Part shown: one piece after another, positions 40,183 to 49,697 of the stretch | Position numbering within the stretch: the first letter of the stretch is position 1 | Layout: every line of letters starts with the position of its first letter | Virus record (IMG/VR): IMGVR_UViG_3300033141_006329 | Span: 1 to 64,000 of that record | Reading direction: 5' to 3' (one strand) | Length of the DNA: 64,000 nt | The notes under the pieces: generated by a model | What the model was told of the DNA's origin: nothing | Databases searched by the model: none | What the model saw: only the letters and a program-made list of their open reading frames with translations | Position numbers and translations under genes: made by a program

Positions 40183-40183
40183 A

Positions 40184-40564
40184 TCATACCTCGAAATTTT
40201 CTTCCCATCCTTCCATTATGTTATCAAGATCTTTTTGTTTGATAAACATTCTGAATTTTCTGGATTCATGATGAGCGACAGTTATTCTACCATCGCCCAC
40301 CTCTTTTTCATTTCTATTAACGACTATGGATATATCAGGATTAAAATCTTTTCTAAGTCCATGTGCTCTATCCATAAACTCTTCAAGACTTTCTTTGCTT
40401 CCAGGATATATACATATTGGATTTTCTGGATCTCCTTTTTTCATAAATAACACTAATGTATTATTCTTGGGAACTTTATCCTCTTTTAATAAATTGAGAC
40501 ATATCTCAAAATGTTTGTCGATTTCACCCATAGCCTTTCGATTCATAATTATTGCTCCTTCCAA
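40184..40564 (-). CDS. hypothetical protein
   Basis: 126-aa ORF. Confidence 0.5.
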   Translation of the reverse strand: MEGAIIMNRKAMGEIDKHFEICLNLLKEDKVPKNNTLVLFMKKGDPENPICIYPGSKESLEEFMDRAHGLRKDFNPDISIVVNRNEKEVGDGRITVAHHESRKFRMFIKQKDLDNIMEGWEENFEV

Positions 40565-40866
40565 TCCTTATTAAACTCATGCCCTCTTAAATGATTAAGT
40601 GTTCTATAAGAGTTTGTCCTGTAATGATAAAGGATTATTTTCAAATCATATTCAGGATCTATTTTAGGAGAACATGTGAGGATTAGATTGGGATCAATTA
40701 ATTCGATTATATTTCTACATCTGTTTTTAAATGTATCTGTATCTTCATGTGGATAAGGGGCAGTTATCAATGTACCATGCTCATTAGAACATCTGAATAT
40801 AACTGTAGGCTCAACATAGCTTTTTGATTTCACATATCTTAGGAACTCTTGTAATAATTCTTCCAT
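40549..40866 (-). CDS. hypothetical protein
   Basis: 105-aa ORF. Confidence 0.5.
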   Translation of the reverse strand: MEELLQEFLRYVKSKSYVEPTVIFRCSNEHGTLITAPYPHEDTDTFKNRCRNIIELIDPNLILTCSPKIDPEYDLKIILYHYRTNSYRTLNHLRGHEFNKDWKEQ

Positions 40867-40881
40867 ACTTCTCCTCTCTAA

Positions 40882-41223
40882 CTATTCCGTCCTACTTCGT
40901 TCGGCCTTTTTCAGAATCTTACACATATACTTTTCTTTTCTTTTCACTGAAGATTGATCCAAATCTATCTCAATCATATATTTAAAACAACCTTGAAAAT
41001 CCGAAATAGACCTTCTGAAAATTTTATCAAGGTCTTCTGGTGTAATTCGCACTCCCTCATCTGTTCGTTCCTTCACTACACTCCAAAGACATTTATCCTG
41101 TGCCAATACTCTTATTAAATATTCATCCGCTTTGTTTTTACAAAGTATAGAAATCAAATTTCCCAAAATATTCCAACAACATACAATTGCACATATACCA
41201 ATTCCAAATTTAAAAATCATCAT
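40882..41223 (-). CDS. membrane-anchored hypothetical protein
   Basis: N-terminal hydrophobic helix. Confidence 0.5.
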   Translation of the reverse strand: MMIFKFGIGICAIVCCWNILGNLISILCKNKADEYLIRVLAQDKCLWSVVKERTDEGVRITPEDLDKIFRRSISDFQGCFKYMIEIDLDQSSVKRKEKYMCKILKKAERSRTE

Positions 41224-41247
41224 TTTTTATCTCCTTCTTTTTAGATT

Positions 41248-41475
41248 TTATTTATACCATGAGCCGGGATAAATTTCCTTTGGTTGTATCTCGATTTTTT
41301 TATTTTTTCCTTTTTTAACTATCCCAGATACAATCTCTCGATTTTGTTTCACTTCTTTTACTGCCCAAGTTAAAAGGAGTAGTGCTTCATGAGTAACTTC
41401 AGCAGCATTTTTTAATCCTAATGTTTTTTTGAGATCTCCCATAAAGGAATCATTAACTTTGAATCTTATTTCCAT
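41248..41475 (-). CDS. ribbon-helix-helix-like DNA-binding protein
   Basis: strand EIRFKV, then two short helices. Confidence 0.45.
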   Translation of the reverse strand: MEIRFKVNDSFMGDLKKTLGLKNAAEVTHEALLLLTWAVKEVKQNREIVSGIVKKGKNKKIEIQPKEIYPGSWYK

Positions 41476-41493
41476 GTGATTGAATCCCCTTTC

Positions 41494-41760
41494 TTAATTT
41501 AAATCTACCACTATTGTTTTGTCTTCATCATCAGTTGGTTCTGGAATTTGAATCTCTTTGCTTAAGTATTCCTGAAAAAGATGTTTTTTGACTTTTTCTA
41601 AGTCATTCAAAGATTCTTCTACCGTTTCGCCATCTCCTAAGAATGCATATTTTCCTAACATAGGAATTCGTGCTTGAAATCCACCGCCCTCTTCTTCTTT
41701 AATTTTTATTATCTCTATTGGATAAAATAGATTCATATAATAGTTTAAATTTTTATTCAC
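41494..41760 (-). CDS. hicB: HicB-family antitoxin (no adjacent hicA)
   Basis: YYMNLFYPIEI, EEGGGFQARIP, GDGETVEESL, IPEP. Confidence 0.85.
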   Translation of the reverse strand: MNKNLNYYMNLFYPIEIIKIKEEEGGGFQARIPMLGKYAFLGDGETVEESLNDLEKVKKHLFQEYLSKEIQIPEPTDDEDKTIVVDLN

Positions 41761-41762
41761 AA

Positions 41763-42026
41763 TTAATCTCCTTCTTCAATCATTATTGTCAATATGTCTC
41801 TTTTTAATTTTATATAGGAGAATTCTTTAAATACCCTCCTCATATGACTGAAACCATATTTTTCTACAGCATCCAAAATAATTATTTTCAAGTCTTCTCT
41901 ACGCAATGGATTTTTAGAAAATTTAATTACTATTTCTCCCCTATCCATAGAAATATAAACATTACTATCAAAAATGTGTGTACGAAATTGTTCTTTTTCA
42001 TCTCTATAATATGTATCCATTATCAT
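41763..42026 (-). CDS. hypothetical protein
   Basis: 87-aa ORF. Confidence 0.5.
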   Translation of the reverse strand: MIMDTYYRDEKEQFRTHIFDSNVYISMDRGEIVIKFSKNPLRREDLKIIILDAVEKYGFSHMRRVFKEFSYIKLKRDILTIMIEEGD

Positions 42027-42056
42027 GAATCAACTCCTTCTCAAATATCTAAGTGA

Positions 42057-42473
42057 AAAAAGATAAGGCATATCTTTAAAAATTAGATTTAACTAACTAT
42101 TTTATCTATTGTTTTTCCTTCATCATTACATAAATAACATGTACAAGATTCCAAAAACATAAAAACTTCTTTATCATATTTAGTTCTAGTAATTAATTTT
42201 AAATATCTATCCGGTAGTTCCTTACTATCAGGTGTTAAATTTATAAAACTATCCGTTTTAATATCTTGAATTATTTTTTCCCATACATTTGAATCTTCAG
42301 TATTCAAGTTTCTTTCTATATAACTATAATGAATTTTTTCTAACTCACTATAGATCCACCATTCTCCGTTAAAATCTTTTATTTTTAATATCATTTCTTA
42401 CTTCCTTTCTTTCTATAAATATGTCTATTTGTCTCTTTCCTGGAATTTATTCCGTTATATGCCTTATCTTTTT
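42057..42473. repeat. 17-bp perfect inverted repeat pair enclosing one gene
   Basis: AAAAAGATAAGGCATAT at 42057-42073; ATATGCCTTATCTTTTT at 42457-42473. Confidence 0.75.
42089..42394 (-). CDS. hypothetical protein
   Basis: 101-aa ORF between the inverted repeats. Confidence 0.55.
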   Translation of the reverse strand: MILKIKDFNGEWWIYSELEKIHYSYIERNLNTEDSNVWEKIIQDIKTDSFINLTPDSKELPDRYLKLITRTKYDKEVFMFLESCTCYLCNDEGKTIDKIVS

Positions 42474-42597
42474 CATATTTTGAATTTTTTCTTGTTTTCG
42501 ATCATATCCCTTCTTCCCTTTCTTAGAAGTCATTGGTCCACCTTTTTGAGGAAGAGGTTTTCGAATTGACTCAAATACTGATTTTTCTTTTTTCTTT

Positions 42598-44043
42598 TTA
42601 GAAGTACGCATCCGCCAATTCCTTCATTTTTTCAAATTTTTTCTCATACCCATTAGAATATAAATCTGTAAAGAAATTTATTACATCCTGCTCTAAATCA
42701 TAATATGTAATTTTATTCAATTGCTTGCCATTCACCACAGATACCAAGCTCTTCTTACTAGCAGATAAAACACCACATATACTATTCATTATTTCCCATT
42801 TTAATGTCTTCACTGCAAATCCAAATACTGGAGTTGCATTATTTATAATAAACTGAATATTTCTTATTTTGTATGCGCTCCTAGTAGAAGAAAACTTTAG
42901 CTCGTTTGGATAGGAAATTAAAAACTCGTGGATGATTGGATAGTCTTTACTTAATATACCTTTAGAAATATAATGTAAAAATACTCCAATGAGAAGTACA
43001 TGTTTGGGAGGACATGTCAACAAATATTTATAGGGAACTTCCAACACTTTGCTTGCTATGGGTAATATCAATAATTTCATTGGTGGTGTAAGCATATCTA
43101 CAATATCTATCCTATCTCTGGCATCATCAAATTGTGCACCATCTTTGACATACTCATTCTCCAATAGGGACATACCGGCCTTAGCTGCTTTTCCTACGAT
43201 GTCATTACAACAATATACATAGAATGACTCTTTGGATATAGAGCTACCATATATGTCCTCTGATCCGCCAAATACTTCACCATATAATATCCTATTTTTG
43301 TATACATTTTTCATAAGCCACCGTATACTATCATCCACTAACGACACTACATATGGGACAGGATTTCTTTGAGGTGATAAGGTGCTTATCATATTGGTCA
43401 TAACAAAATTAAATACATTCATTATATAGGATTCTGGTGTCTCTGATATGGCCATCTTTATGAGATCCCACATATATTTATCGGTTATACTTGATCTGTA
43501 TATTCTGGATCTAATTAGTTGAAATATCTTTGTGGGTGTACCATTATCAATACATGGTCTCAATATCTTTTCAAATATCTGTCGATGGATATTATCGGTA
43601 GGTTTTAATTTTAGATCATATTGAAACATGGAATATAATTTTAGACATGTGGCGGCTACAGCTATGGATTTGGTATCAGATTCATCAAATATTATAGATG
43701 TCTTTGTAGCTTTTTTTGTATTTGTAAAAGAAGAAAAATCAATATCAAGTGTGTCAATATATCTCTCAGACACTTCTGCAAATTCATGTATCCTCTCTAA
43801 CAATAGTTCGGAATTGTAACTATCTGTTACATAATCCTCTATGAATGAAGAAAACCAATCAGAGAAATCTGGCAACTTATCACACATATCCTCTATCATT
43901 GTTGCAACCATTCCATACTTATTAGTGATTGATGCTGGCTTAAAATCCAATCTTAATAATATCTTCTCAAAATTACCTTCGCTATCAACCTTTGTTATCG
44001 TCCAAGATCTCTTTTTACCTTCTACGTTTTTAACTATAAGCAT
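42598..44043 (-). CDS. large helical hypothetical protein (possible RNAP specificity subunit)
   Basis: 481 aa with its own upstream motif; function speculative. Confidence 0.3.
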   Translation of the reverse strand: MLIVKNVEGKKRSWTITKVDSEGNFEKILLRLDFKPASITNKYGMVATMIEDMCDKLPDFSDWFSSFIEDYVTDSYNSELLLERIHEFAEVSERYIDTLDIDFSSFTNTKKATKTSIIFDESDTKSIAVAATCLKLYSMFQYDLKLKPTDNIHRQIFEKILRPCIDNGTPTKIFQLIRSRIYRSSITDKYMWDLIKMAISETPESYIMNVFNFVMTNMISTLSPQRNPVPYVVSLVDDSIRWLMKNVYKNRILYGEVFGGSEDIYGSSISKESFYVYCCNDIVGKAAKAGMSLLENEYVKDGAQFDDARDRIDIVDMLTPPMKLLILPIASKVLEVPYKYLLTCPPKHVLLIGVFLHYISKGILSKDYPIIHEFLISYPNELKFSSTRSAYKIRNIQFIINNATPVFGFAVKTLKWEIMNSICGVLSASKKSLVSVVNGKQLNKITYYDLEQDVINFFTDLYSNGYEKKFEKMKELADAYF

Positions 44044-44146
44044 ATTTTCCCCTCGTTTAGTTTGAGTTTTTAACTCTGGTTTTGGTTAAATATTTTATTT
44101 TTATGATTTTTAAATTTTTTAAAAAAATAAGTAATAATATTATCTG

Positions 44147-44169
44147 TTCATAATTTAATATGTATAGTT
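44147..44169 (-). promoter_or_regulatory. candidate phage promoter motif AACTATACATATTAAATTATGAA
   Basis: near-identical to 26997-27019. Confidence 0.55.
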
Positions 44170-44173
44170 CCAG

Positions 44174-44413
44174 CTACCTTAGGGCTTTCCTCGCATGTTG
44201 CATTCCGCGTCTGCCATATTTCCTTTTAATAGCATTTTTGGCATCCAAATATAATTTTCTATATTTTGTATATTTCGCGTATAGAGGATCTCTTCTTCTC
44301 TTAGCCATATTGATAGCAGACTTTCCAGCTACTTGTCGCATTTTCTTTTTTCTTGTTACTCTTATAGTACTAGTTCCAGCTTCATCTAAAAAATCTTGTA
44401 TAGGTGTACCCAT
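44174..44413 (-). CDS. small very basic protein (likely DNA-binding or virion)
   Basis: K/R-rich, KRRRDPLYAKY. Confidence 0.55.
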   Translation of the reverse strand: MGTPIQDFLDEAGTSTIRVTRKKKMRQVAGKSAINMAKRRRDPLYAKYTKYRKLYLDAKNAIKRKYGRRGMQHARKALR

Positions 44414-44414
44414 G

Positions 44415-44945
44415 TTATTTTCTCCTCGTTAAAGCTCTTCTCCGGATTACACTTCGAAGATTCATTTTTAGTTTTTCCATGTCAACGAATTCTCCTGGGC
44501 AAGTTACACTATCATCCGTCGATAAAGCAGAATGTAAAAATATATCAGATTCACTTAATAGAAACAATCTCATTACAGGAGCCAATAGTCTATATCCTAA
44601 TACCTTATATAGTCTAGTCATTGGTATATCTTTATTATAATTTCCCATTAGTGCGATGTGTATAGCTCTCCAATATTTCTCCTCGATATCCTCATATACA
44701 CACAATGTCATTAAAGGTTGAGACACCACTATCTGAAAATCACCTTCAACTCTATCCACTATAAAATGGAATCCTGTCTCTGCTCTATTAATTCTATAAC
44801 TTTGATTGTGAAATTTCTGTGTTTGAAAATTGGCTTTATCTATAGATAGTTCTGGTTTATCTACTTTACAGGCCGTGTGATGTAAAACTATAGCGGGTGG
44901 CCAACTCTCGGCTAATTTAACATTTGTCATTCGTAATGGTATCAT
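44415..44945 (-). CDS. N-acetylmuramoyl-L-alanine amidase (Amidase_2/PGRP-like)
   Basis: IVLHHTA, GFHFIV, LMGNY, LHS, TCPG (His/His/Cys Zn ligands). Confidence 0.8.
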   Translation of the reverse strand: MIPLRMTNVKLAESWPPAIVLHHTACKVDKPELSIDKANFQTQKFHNQSYRINRAETGFHFIVDRVEGDFQIVVSQPLMTLCVYEDIEEKYWRAIHIALMGNYNKDIPMTRLYKVLGYRLLAPVMRLFLLSESDIFLHSALSTDDSVTCPGEFVDMEKLKMNLRSVIRRRALTRRK

Positions 44946-44954
44946 TTCATCTCC

Positions 44955-46418
44955 TTATAACAGCTGACCTATTATGTCTTCAGCAGTATATTCTTTCATA
45001 GCATTGGTCATAGCTTCTTTTATGACCTTAGCCAAATGTTTTCGTATAAACGATTTTTGTGTATCATTACAAGCATTCAAACCAAAGGTGGTATATTTAA
45101 AACAATCTCCACATATAGGTGTTCCTACGGCTATCTCAGCTTCACTAGATTTCAATAAAGATATTTTAACTCCGAATTCATCCCCTGATCCATCATCGGG
45201 ACCAACGAAGGTAAAAGTATCTTCATCAACTACAGTTATTTCATGATCCACAGTGATATAGTTGTCATTCGTACTATCCGAAATTGATATAATTTGCCCG
45301 CTAGACATACCATGATTATAATGTTTTACAGTCACAGGATCACCTGCTGTTATTTTGAAACTTTCTCTAAACCCTATTATTACATTTACCAAAACTTCAT
45401 ATACAGCATAGCAATTAACTTTTGGATCGGGTATTTCTGTCAAACTACATGCTGCTATTTCAACAATAACATCTAAATCACCTTTCTTAGTTGTTACACC
45501 TGTAGGTTCTTCTAGTTCATTCCATGTTTCTAAAAATTCATCTTCATATTCTAGTTCTGGATCTATTTCATCGTAATCTAAGGATGTTGATACAAATGAA
45601 GGATCATTTAAATGTGTTAATACTTCTGTTTCAGGGAAGGGTTTAGGATCACCTTTTGCCACTGCAACTACATTTGCATGAGCTTCTTTGAATGCATCTT
45701 GAACTTTGGTTACTGCTGCCATTGATTTGCTCATTCCAAACTTTTTTTCAGTTGTTAGTCCCGCATTATCAAAAACTTTTTCAACATCAAGATTGCCTTC
45801 AGTTGTAGTGCGAGTATCGTTAAATGCTTTGGTTAGATTATTTTTCTTTGTGGCAACATCATCAACTATTTCTTGTATGGGATTATCTGCTTCATCTAAT
45901 GCACATATAGCCTCAATACATTTTAATATATCCTGTAAATCCTTTGATTTTTCTGGAAATTTGAAATCCAATAGTTTCTGAATGTAATCATTCATTTTAC
46001 TTGCCATACCTATCTCTGGTAGATCCAAATCTTCCTGCATATCCGTTAAAAACTTTTTGCCTTTATCTATATATTCATTGTACATCGTTGCGCTTTTCAT
46101 TAGATCATATACTTTTTTATATCTGGGATGATCCTCTAAATATGAACAAGCAGAAATAAAATCCATTATAGCTTTTATAGAATCCATATCAGATAAATCT
46201 GGTACACCATCACCCAGTGCGCCCAACATATTATTTAGACCACCGAGTAGATCGTCTAAAGGATTTGTTAGCGCATCCAGTAGAGAATCTTCTATACCTT
46301 GTATATCAGACTGCAATGCTTTTAAGAATCCATCTACAGATGCTTTTAGTTTTTTATATTCAGCTTCTAAAGCACCGCATATCATAAATCTTACAGGTTC
46401 TGGTAAAAATGATGGCAT
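44955..46418 (-). CDS. probable tail/baseplate structural protein
   Basis: in the baseplate cluster; beta-rich module HGMSSGQIISIS...ITVVDEDTFT typical of phage tail proteins. Confidence 0.5.
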   Translation of the reverse strand: MPSFLPEPVRFMICGALEAEYKKLKASVDGFLKALQSDIQGIEDSLLDALTNPLDDLLGGLNNMLGALGDGVPDLSDMDSIKAIMDFISACSYLEDHPRYKKVYDLMKSATMYNEYIDKGKKFLTDMQEDLDLPEIGMASKMNDYIQKLLDFKFPEKSKDLQDILKCIEAICALDEADNPIQEIVDDVATKKNNLTKAFNDTRTTTEGNLDVEKVFDNAGLTTEKKFGMSKSMAAVTKVQDAFKEAHANVVAVAKGDPKPFPETEVLTHLNDPSFVSTSLDYDEIDPELEYEDEFLETWNELEEPTGVTTKKGDLDVIVEIAACSLTEIPDPKVNCYAVYEVLVNVIIGFRESFKITAGDPVTVKHYNHGMSSGQIISISDSTNDNYITVDHEITVVDEDTFTFVGPDDGSGDEFGVKISLLKSSEAEIAVGTPICGDCFKYTTFGLNACNDTQKSFIRKHLAKVIKEAMTNAMKEYTAEDIIGQLL

Positions 46419-47614
46419 TATGTATCTCTATCCCCCTCTGGATCTATTGGTGTAGGAGGCGTCATTGGTGTGGCTGGTGTAGGAGCTGCTGGTGCTGCTG
46501 GAGTTGGGACTGCGGGCGGAGGTGGGGATGTTTGATCCATTCTTCGTGCACCCATAGTTATAATATCAGCAGCAGCATTCAAACCATAAGCTGCACCCAC
46601 ATCAATATTAAAATCAGTCCCAGTTTTAATATCTAACTTGGCTCCAACATCTATACCCAATTTTGCACCCACTTTTTCACTTTTATCGGCTCCAATATTC
46701 TGATCTAGTTTTCCTCCCACATCAACTCCTTTATTTCCTGATATTGCCTCACTAAGATTTCCACCAACTAACTCATCTTGGTTGCCTGTTACATTATTTA
46801 AAACATTACCGCTAACTGTAGTGTGTATATCTGTATCGGTTTGAACATAATAAGATCCCCCTATCTTAGAATGTCTTTCCTCTATTACTTCCTCGTATAC
46901 ATTTCCAGTTACTTTATAATGAACATCTCCAGCTACTTGTATGTGCAAATTGGCATCTGTTTTTATGGTTATATCTTCTGCAAAATATGCTTGTAATTTC
47001 TGTTCATCAATATCTATATGTAGAAAGTCACCTTTATGTGTTCTTATTAATACCTTCTCTTTTCCTGTACGTTCGTCAAACAATATAGTAGTTTGATTAT
47101 CATCGATAGTGTACGGATCGGTACTATCCCCATTTTCATCTGTAGCTGGACCAGATTGATATTTTCCAGATATTTCAATTCTCTGTATATCAGGAGAATC
47201 TGCAACAACTATACTTCTTCCCTGATGTGTTTTTATTATTGTGTATACTGTGTGTGGTTCATCTGGAAGAACACCCTCTTGATTTAATCTGTGTTCTGGT
47301 GGCAATTTAGAATTTTTAATATTTAAAGCCGCAAAATAAAAAGGTTTTGATGGATCACCTGCTTCAAAAAATACCCAGATCCAATCACCAGGTCTAGGCA
47401 CCATTATAGTACCCCAACCATAAGAACCTTTCTCTGTATTATTTCTTCCGCCTACTGGATTATTTCCAGGTAATGCTATTAAGCCTGTAGTCTCAGGTGC
47501 ATCTGGGTCCAAATCTGTATGAAGATCAGGTACCCAAATTCTAATGGCCCCGTAATCATTATTGTCAATATTTGCTTCCAAGCACTTGGCTCTATAAAAA
47601 CCGTTGAGACCCAA
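46418..47614 (-). CDS. baseplate central spike (T4 gp5/VgrG-like OB fold plus beta-helix)
   Basis: GAIRIWVPDL, VPRPGDWIWVFFEAGDPSKPFY, VGG/IGG repeats. Confidence 0.85.
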   Translation of the reverse strand: MGLNGFYRAKCLEANIDNNDYGAIRIWVPDLHTDLDPDAPETTGLIALPGNNPVGGRNNTEKGSYGWGTIMVPRPGDWIWVFFEAGDPSKPFYFAALNIKNSKLPPEHRLNQEGVLPDEPHTVYTIIKTHQGRSIVVADSPDIQRIEISGKYQSGPATDENGDSTDPYTIDDNQTTILFDERTGKEKVLIRTHKGDFLHIDIDEQKLQAYFAEDITIKTDANLHIQVAGDVHYKVTGNVYEEVIEERHSKIGGSYYVQTDTDIHTTVSGNVLNNVTGNQDELVGGNLSEAISGNKGVDVGGKLDQNIGADKSEKVGAKLGIDVGAKLDIKTGTDFNIDVGAAYGLNAAADIITMGARRMDQTSPPPPAVPTPAAPAAPTPATPMTPPTPIDPEGDRDT

Positions 47615-47626
47615 TATTATCTCCTT

Positions 47627-48502
47627 TTATATTATTCTAGATAACATACGTGTACTAATATCCACCAACTTACCATAAAGATTAGGATTTATTTTAACCC
47701 ATGTTGGAGGAAACTGCGAATTTGGTATACCACATGCCATAAGGGTAGCAAAAAATCTACTGGTATCTTCAAACATTGGGAGAGAAGCAATACCACCCAT
47801 GTTAATTATTGTGGTTGAAAATTTATTCTCACTCATAGGTATTATATTATTATTATTTATCGATTTTAAAAATTCACTAGTAGATTTGAAATCGTAGTTC
47901 AGATCTAAATCATCCTTATCAGTATACGTTATAGACGCTATCTTCTTTTTGGTAGACTCATTTTGAGGTAATCCCATCATAGCAACACTAACATATAAAT
48001 ATATAAGATATTGTAACTTAGGTATCAGATATCCATATGATCCTATAAGTCCAGATTTCTTTCCAAACAATTTCATAAATATAGAAAATATCATACCTGA
48101 AATATTTGCTTCTGTACCTGCTTTAAATGGCTTCTTGTTTACAAAATTCTTTAATGCTATAGTATATAAGAATAATGAAAACATATCCGATGGCATATAA
48201 TCTGTAATCATTTTTACGGGAAATACACTCAGATTCACAACACCCTGTCCTCTATTTGTAACAAAACCTGGGAGAGGATACGAATCCATTTTAACTAATA
48301 CCAAAGAATTTAACTCCTTAGATACTATATTGCTGGCTGGGTGTCTCTTAGCTTTACTAAATGAATTTACCATCATTCTTAAATGATCGTATTCATCTTT
48401 CTCCAGTTCATATGCTTTCAGTGTACTACTCGCAAGCGGTGCTACATTATACACATCTCCAGAAGTTTTATATACTAACTCAAACTTATCTTTTACAATC
48501 AT
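47627..48502 (-). CDS. hypothetical protein
   Basis: 291-aa ORF in the structural cluster. Confidence 0.6.
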   Translation of the reverse strand: MIVKDKFELVYKTSGDVYNVAPLASSTLKAYELEKDEYDHLRMMVNSFSKAKRHPASNIVSKELNSLVLVKMDSYPLPGFVTNRGQGVVNLSVFPVKMITDYMPSDMFSLFLYTIALKNFVNKKPFKAGTEANISGMIFSIFMKLFGKKSGLIGSYGYLIPKLQYLIYLYVSVAMMGLPQNESTKKKIASITYTDKDDLDLNYDFKSTSEFLKSINNNNIIPMSENKFSTTIINMGGIASLPMFEDTSRFFATLMACGIPNSQFPPTWVKINPNLYGKLVDISTRMLSRII

Positions 48503-49029
48503 TAATACACGCTCCCGTTGATTACGTATGTCCCATCGACAGTAACATTAGACAATCTCTCTTTAGCTTTTATTATATTTTTCTCCCTATCATCTAGTGG
48601 AAATATTTTATAATATCGTGCCTCTGAATATGTTACTGTTTCAACTATAGATACGGGCTCATCTGTAACTCTATCTTTAACAACTTGTAATATAGAGGAA
48701 AACGGTGGTATTAATACTTCATCCATATTTCTAAAATCTTCAGTGCTCGCAACTCTGTTAACAAATAATATCATTGGCCAAAATATTGTGTTGTTATAAT
48801 AATCGTAACTACAATAATCAGGTCTCTGGTGCCATCTTGGTATAAATTTCACTTTCTCTGCGTTGGACAACAATAAGAAAAAATTCTTCTCAAATGAAAA
48901 TATTTCACTAGATGGAAATATAACTGTTATATCACCATCGTCTGTGATGTCTAAATATCTGGAACGAAAGTTGTCAATATCTACAGCTAATTCGGCATTC
49001 CTTTTAGCTTCTCCTCTGATACTTTCCAT
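48502..49029 (-). CDS. baseplate wedge protein, gp53/LysM-like
   Basis: RPDYCSYDYY...FWPMILFVN. Confidence 0.6.
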   Translation of the reverse strand: MESIRGEAKRNAELAVDIDNFRSRYLDITDDGDITVIFPSSEIFSFEKNFFLLLSNAEKVKFIPRWHQRPDYCSYDYYNNTIFWPMILFVNRVASTEDFRNMDEVLIPPFSSILQVVKDRVTDEPVSIVETVTYSEARYYKIFPLDDREKNIIKAKERLSNVTVDGTYVINGSVY

Positions 49030-49697
49030 TATTCAAGCTCCCCTTTTATATCTTGCGGTATATAATGATCACTAGTCCAATAACCTTCAAATCCACAATT
49101 ATCATTACCTATCGATAATTTACTATTAATAACCTCTAACTCAGAATCTTCTAAATAACCACAATAATTATCTATAAAATATTTATAATCACCGTGTACT
49201 AACTGCATGGGTAATTGCAAAAATCCATTATGCGTTTTTTCATGCAAGGATTTTATTAAGCTAATAAATCCTATCCTATTCTGGAAATGTAATTCTAAAA
49301 CCTTAACAGCAATATCAGCAGAGCAGAATGGTTCATTTTTCTCAATACTCTCTACTATCACACCTTTTACTATAGTATATAGTGTAACGGGGTGGTGATG
49401 TATATCACAACGACATTCATTATGTGCCTCTTTAGTAACATCACACGATACTACTCCTAACACATCTCTAATATAATTGGTCCATAATCTATACTCTGGA
49501 CTCTTTCTTATTATTAATTCGCATGATTTTATAAACCGCTTCATTTCCTTCTCATCATCGAACCCATTTTGTCTCAAGGATAAAGTGTGAGTATCTGCAT
49601 CTGAACCTAACTCAAATTTATCAACATCTGCCGATATACCAATGGTTCTATCTTTTATCAGTTCAGAAAGATCATCACTATACTCAAGACTATCCAT
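49029..49697 (-). CDS. HNH-like hypothetical protein
   Basis: SPEYRLW, C...CDIHHH, LHEKTHNG. Confidence 0.45.
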   Translation of the reverse strand: MDSLEYSDDLSELIKDRTIGISADVDKFELGSDADTHTLSLRQNGFDDEKEMKRFIKSCELIIRKSPEYRLWTNYIRDVLGVVSCDVTKEAHNECRCDIHHHPVTLYTIVKGVIVESIEKNEPFCSADIAVKVLELHFQNRIGFISLIKSLHEKTHNGFLQLPMQLVHGDYKYFIDNYCGYLEDSELEVINSKLSIGNDNCGFEGYWTSDHYIPQDIKGELE

